Positions 60,123 to 64,000 of a stretch of DNA of 64,000 bases are shown here, one piece after another. The stretch covers positions 3,940 through 67,939 of the forward strand of contig RAZP01000035.1 of the NCBI GenBank assembly GCA_004028745.1, read 5' to 3'. Below the pieces are notes generated by a model that had not been told where the DNA came from, did no database searches, and was given only the letters and a program-made list of their open reading frames with translations. This stretch comes from Prosthecochloris sp. Lineage in GTDB: Bacteria > Bacteroidota > Chlorobiia > Chlorobiales > Chlorobiaceae. The position numbers were made by a program, and so were the translations under genes. The stretch's first letter is position 1, and every line of letters starts with the position of its first letter.

Positions 60123-60146
60123 AAAAACGGGGCGCAAGCCCCGTTT
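60123..60146 (-). terminator. hairpin/terminator between csmE and csmD
   Basis: Minus strand aaacgggg-cttgcg-ccccgttttt. Confidence 0.7.
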
Positions 60147-60166
60147 GTAGAAATCATGTAAAAAAG

Positions 60167-60421
60167 CTAATCCTTGAAACGTCTGTCAACCGGCTTGTCC
60201 GGTTTGGCATAACCCGAAACTTCAGGAGATGATCCTTTCAGCCCTGCTGATGCGCCGCCGCCATAGAGGTAGGGGTAAGCATTCGAGCCCAGCCTCTTCG
60301 TGGTTTTTCCGATGTTTTCCAATGCGTCTCCAACGACCCACCAGTGTCCATCTATGAAGACCTCAAGGAATCTTCCATATGCTTCCGCCCCGTTTACAAA
60401 AGCCCCGGAATTCTTGTTCAT
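60167..60421 (-). CDS. csmE: chlorosome envelope protein E (CsmA paralogue)
   Basis: GAEAYGRFLEVFIDGHWWVVGDALENIGKTTKRL..GLKGSSP. Confidence 0.92.
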   Translation of the reverse strand: MNKNSGAFVNGAEAYGRFLEVFIDGHWWVVGDALENIGKTTKRLGSNAYPYLYGGGASAGLKGSSPEVSGYAKPDKPVDRRFKD

Positions 60422-60511
60422 ATTTTTTCCCGTTAAGGATTGGGATGTTTTAAAGATTCTTCAAGAAATTTAGGGAAATAATAGCTGAGAAGCAAAGCTT
60501 TTGTTTCACCT

Positions 60512-61954
60512 TTATAATCGACGTTTACAGGAAACGGGTTTCTTACTGTATGGACTGTTATGGGGCACAGGTATGATAATGCTGTCGACAGACCAGGTGA
60601 CTGCAATGTTTACCATGACGGAAAAAGCAATATACCATGTCCATGCAACGTTCAGATATACCAGAACAAGTACTGTTCCCAGGCTGGCAAGCAGTCCCAG
60701 TGTGAGGCTGAAGACATGAAACCGCCTGTTGCTTCTGGAGAGGAGAAACAGGCCGAGTAGTCCTCCATACGTAAAGGAGGCTATTTTAAGCCCTACCTCA
60801 ATAATAGTAGTGTCGTTTTCATCGAATATCAATGCAATGCCGATAAGCACTGCGGCCCATCCGAGGCTTATCAGTCTTGAGCGGTTCAGTGAGGCGTTGC
60901 CGCCAAGCAGGTCGGTGACCGTCGATGAAGCAAGGGAGTTGATCGAAGAGCTGAGGGTGGACATTGCTGCCGAAAGAACGCCTGCGAGTAACAGGCCTGT
61001 CAGACCAACAGGCAGATGGTTGACAATGAAAGAAGCAAACTCCCGGTCTTTTTCAACCTGAACATCTCCGAGAAAAAGATAGATAAGCGAACCGGCAAGC
61101 AGGAATACCGAGAACTGCAAAAAAACGAAAATACCACTGCCAATCATGGCTTTTTTTGCAGCGTTCAGGTTTTTGCAGCCGAGGACTCGCTGGACTATCA
61201 TATAGTCGACCCCATGTGAGCCGAGTGAGAGGAGTATGCCACCCGTAAGGGCACTGAAAAATGCCCACGGCTCGGAAAAAAGGCGCCAGTCATGATTGAT
61301 GATTTTCAGCTTTCCGTTTTCGGCAAGGTTTCTTAACATTTCGGGCAATCCGCTATCAAGGTTTGCCGCGATAAATGCAATCGTGATAATTCCTCCGAAA
61401 AGGTAAAGAACGAACTGGATGCTGTCGATCCACACGATTGTTCTGATGCCTCCTGACAATGTGTAGATCAATGTGACGATGCCGATAATGAGCACCGAAA
61501 CGGAAAGCGGCCATCCGGTAACCACTTCGACGACCACGGCGGTTGCAAGGAACCTCACACCGTCGGCAAAAATTCTGGTAACCAGAAACACTATTGAGGC
61601 AAGTTTTTGCAGGTGCGGGCCAAAACGTTTGCCGATGACTTCGTAAATAGAGTCCACCCCTTCACGGAAGTAGACAGGAAGGAGTATGGCGCTGACCAGC
61701 ACTCGGCCAAGAATATAACCGAGCGCAAGCTGCAGAAAGGTCCAGTCACCGCGGAAAGCGATGCCGGGAACACTGACAAAAGTAAGTACAGACGTTTCGG
61801 TAGCGACGATAGAAAACATGGCAACAACCCAGGGGAGACTTCGTCCGCCAAGGAAATAATCACCTGTTGTTTTGTTGCTTTGCCCCTGCCAAATGCCATA
61901 GCCCGCCATAGCGGCAAGGAAGCATATGATAATGGTAAGGTCAAGAGTCTGCAT
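60512..61954 (-). CDS. sodium:solute symporter
   Basis: DYFLGGRSLPW, SIVATETS, YTLSGGIRTIVWIDSIQ, VQR, AAMSTLSSSINS. Confidence 0.92.
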   Translation of the reverse strand: MQTLDLTIIICFLAAMAGYGIWQGQSNKTTGDYFLGGRSLPWVVAMFSIVATETSVLTFVSVPGIAFRGDWTFLQLALGYILGRVLVSAILLPVYFREGVDSIYEVIGKRFGPHLQKLASIVFLVTRIFADGVRFLATAVVVEVVTGWPLSVSVLIIGIVTLIYTLSGGIRTIVWIDSIQFVLYLFGGIITIAFIAANLDSGLPEMLRNLAENGKLKIINHDWRLFSEPWAFFSALTGGILLSLGSHGVDYMIVQRVLGCKNLNAAKKAMIGSGIFVFLQFSVFLLAGSLIYLFLGDVQVEKDREFASFIVNHLPVGLTGLLLAGVLSAAMSTLSSSINSLASSTVTDLLGGNASLNRSRLISLGWAAVLIGIALIFDENDTTIIEVGLKIASFTYGGLLGLFLLSRSNRRFHVFSLTLGLLASLGTVLVLVYLNVAWTWYIAFSVMVNIAVTWSVDSIIIPVPHNSPYSKKPVSCKRRL

Positions 61955-61980
61955 GCTCTGTGTTTTTCAGCCTGAATCTG

Positions 61981-63144
61981 TTATCGATACATATGATAGT
62001 TCTGCTTGAGAGGCAGAAACGCATTCTCATCTTCTTCCCACGATTCCCTGATTTCTTGAAGCGGCCGTTTGTTTTCAATCATGGTTCTCAGGGTGCTGCT
62101 GCCGCATAAAAGGTCAAAAGCAGGGTGCTGGCTATTGAATTCGTAGACCTCGCGGAGAAAACGAAGCTTTTCAGGATACAACTCATGGAGCACCGTTGTA
62201 AGGGCGATACCGGTCATGAAAGGACGAAAGAGGTTCCGGTCAGTGACATGAAGGAAAAGGGAGCCGACAATTTCGTCTTTGTACTTGTGAAATGACGGCT
62301 TAAAGTAGGTCGGGCGGAAAAATACACCGTCAATGCCGAATGAGGCAATGTTTTCGGCAAGAATATCCGGTTCAATGAACGGGGCGCCAAAGTGCAGGAA
62401 CGGGGTTGTTGTTCCTCTCCCTTCTGAAGCATTGAGCCCTTCAAAGAGGCACATGCCGGGATAAACCAGCGCGGTTTCCCAGGTCGGCATGTTCGGGGAC
62501 GGTACTACCCAGTGAAGCCCCGTTTGTGGAAAAAACATCGAACGTTCCCAACCCTGCACGGTGACAACACGAAGGTTCACGTCAAGATTATTGTGGTCGA
62601 GGTATAAACGGGCCAATTCTCCCGCTGTCATGCCATGCCGGGGTGGGACCGGGAGCACTCCGACAAATGAGCGATATGCCGGGTCGGGTAGAGGTCCTTC
62701 AACTGCTTGTCCTCCCAGAGGATTCGGCCGGTCGAGCACCAGGATTTCAACGTCCCGGCCGCTTATGGCTTCCATGAAAAGAGCAAGGGTATTGATATAG
62801 GTATAGTATCTCGAACCGATATCCTGAATGTCGAAAATGACTAGGTCGATACCCTGCAGAGAGTTTTCGTTCGGCAGGAGGGTGTCGGTGGAATCGCCGT
62901 AAAGACTGATAACATGGCAGCCAATGCCGGGTTGCCCGGTTACGGCAATCTGGTCCTGTTCCGTCGAGAAAAGACCGTGTTCGGGCGAGAAAATCTTTTT
63001 CAGGGTAATACCCTGTTTTTGCAGCTCCAGCCAGGAATATTTCAGGTCGAGGGTAACCGATGTTTGATTTGCAATCAATGCGATGTTCCGGTGCTTCAGT
63101 TTGCTCGTATCCTGAAGGAGTATGTCAAGGCCGTTGAGTACCAT
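61981..63144 (-). CDS. namZ: exo-beta-N-acetylmuramidase NamZ (DUF1343) family protein
   Basis: NQTS, FSPEHG, FDIQDIGSRYYTY, LDRPNP, RHGMTAGELA, PSPNMP, SEGRGT. Confidence 0.88.
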   Translation of the reverse strand: MVLNGLDILLQDTSKLKHRNIALIANQTSVTLDLKYSWLELQKQGITLKKIFSPEHGLFSTEQDQIAVTGQPGIGCHVISLYGDSTDTLLPNENSLQGIDLVIFDIQDIGSRYYTYINTLALFMEAISGRDVEILVLDRPNPLGGQAVEGPLPDPAYRSFVGVLPVPPRHGMTAGELARLYLDHNNLDVNLRVVTVQGWERSMFFPQTGLHWVVPSPNMPTWETALVYPGMCLFEGLNASEGRGTTTPFLHFGAPFIEPDILAENIASFGIDGVFFRPTYFKPSFHKYKDEIVGSLFLHVTDRNLFRPFMTGIALTTVLHELYPEKLRFLREVYEFNSQHPAFDLLCGSSTLRTMIENKRPLQEIRESWEEDENAFLPLKQNYHMYR

Positions 63145-63279
63145 GTAAAGAGTGAGAGGTGTTGATTTGTTGAACTTATTGATTTGTCAGACAAAATACG
63201 CTTTATGCCGGCAGTCTGTTTGCTTGACAAGCCCGTCCCTGTAGCTCTTTCTCGTCAGTAGTATAGGTAAAAAAAATGC

Positions 63280-63999
63280 TCAATCCAGAGACAGCCGGCC
63301 ACCCGGGAAGGCTATGGACCGCTCGATGACGGTGCCTTTTGCTATAACCGTCTCCGGTAATACTACGGACGCTCTTATTACCGCGCCGTCTTCAATATGG
63401 CAATCCCTGCCCACTACCGATTCATGAACAATTGCCTTGCTGCTGATTACGGCCTTTGGTGAAAGTATATGCGGGCGGATTCCTATCTGCCGGCTTATCC
63501 GGTTACCAAACGTCAGGATGCTGTGCCGGTTTGCAATGTTTGTCTTCCACAAGTTTCGAGGTGTGCCGATGTCCTGCCAGAATCCTTCGTGACGGAAATA
63601 ACCAAGGCTTTCGTGTGCAATAAGTCCTGTAAATCCGGTATCGACAATGTTTGAAAACCCATTGGAAAGATAACGGAAAATCAACGGGCTGAGAACAGCG
63701 GCTCCTGCATAAATGTTTTCCGACCGAAACCCGGTTTTTCGCATATTTCTGAAGTCCCATATTCTCCTTTCATGAATGCCGACATCGCCGATTGTTTTTG
63801 CCTCCGGCGTTTCAAACAGCATGAGCGTTCCCGCGTTACCTGAGCTCCTATGGTGTTTGATAAGCGATGTAAGGTCGGAATCCACAATGATGTCACTGTT
63901 AATGAGCAGAAAGTGTTCGTCATTGAGCAGGTTTTCACAGCGTTTAAGGCCTCCGCCGGTTCCGAGGATAGTTGTTTCCTCTGAAATGTGAATATCCAT
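63280..63999 (-). CDS. sugar-phosphate nucleotidyltransferase (MurU/GMPP-like); 5' end lies outside the window
   Basis: EETTILGTGGGL, INSDI, FWQDIGTP, C-terminal hexapeptide-like repeats. Confidence 0.8.
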   Translation of the reverse strand: MDIHISEETTILGTGGGLKRCENLLNDEHFLLINSDIIVDSDLTSLIKHHRSSGNAGTLMLFETPEAKTIGDVGIHERRIWDFRNMRKTGFRSENIYAGAAVLSPLIFRYLSNGFSNIVDTGFTGLIAHESLGYFRHEGFWQDIGTPRNLWKTNIANRHSILTFGNRISRQIGIRPHILSPKAVISSKAIVHESVVGRDCHIEDGAVIRASVVLPETVIAKGTVIERSIAFPGGRLSLD

Positions 64000-64000
64000 A

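Overview
This 64 kb window is from a green sulfur bacterium (Chlorobiaceae). The chlorosome genes csmE-csmD are the strongest taxonomic marker. Core genes include crcB, hemL, recO, prfB (with its programmed +1 frameshift), glgE, treS-mak, mazG, mnmE, rlpA, an ArsA/GET3-like ATPase and a NamZ/SSS/nucleotidyltransferase cluster. There are two accessory regions. The first (~7.3-16.8 kb) carries a nitroreductase, a FadL-like channel, an alkyl sulfatase, a DUF1566 protein, a deaminase and a methyltransferase. The second (~30-52.6 kb, directly after mnmE) carries an AT-rich NACHT NTPase, a truncated IS5, a BrnT toxin-antitoxin pair, a UbiA prenyltransferase, a tri-repeat outer-membrane protein and a reciprocally decayed [acpS-glycosyltransferase] duplication. 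It ends in the most notable system here: a co-oriented cluster joining a dissociated type II FAS/PKS (DH, inactive KS/CLF, ACP, KS, KR, FabL-like ER) to a type III PKS, a sulfotransferase and a Lol-like export module. A ~100-150 bp MITE family shares its 11-bp end with the IS5. One copy sits in frame at the start of an OstA/LptA-like gene and another splits a glycosyltransferase gene. No tRNA, rRNA or CRISPR array was seen. All product calls rest on motifs read by eye; no database searches were run.
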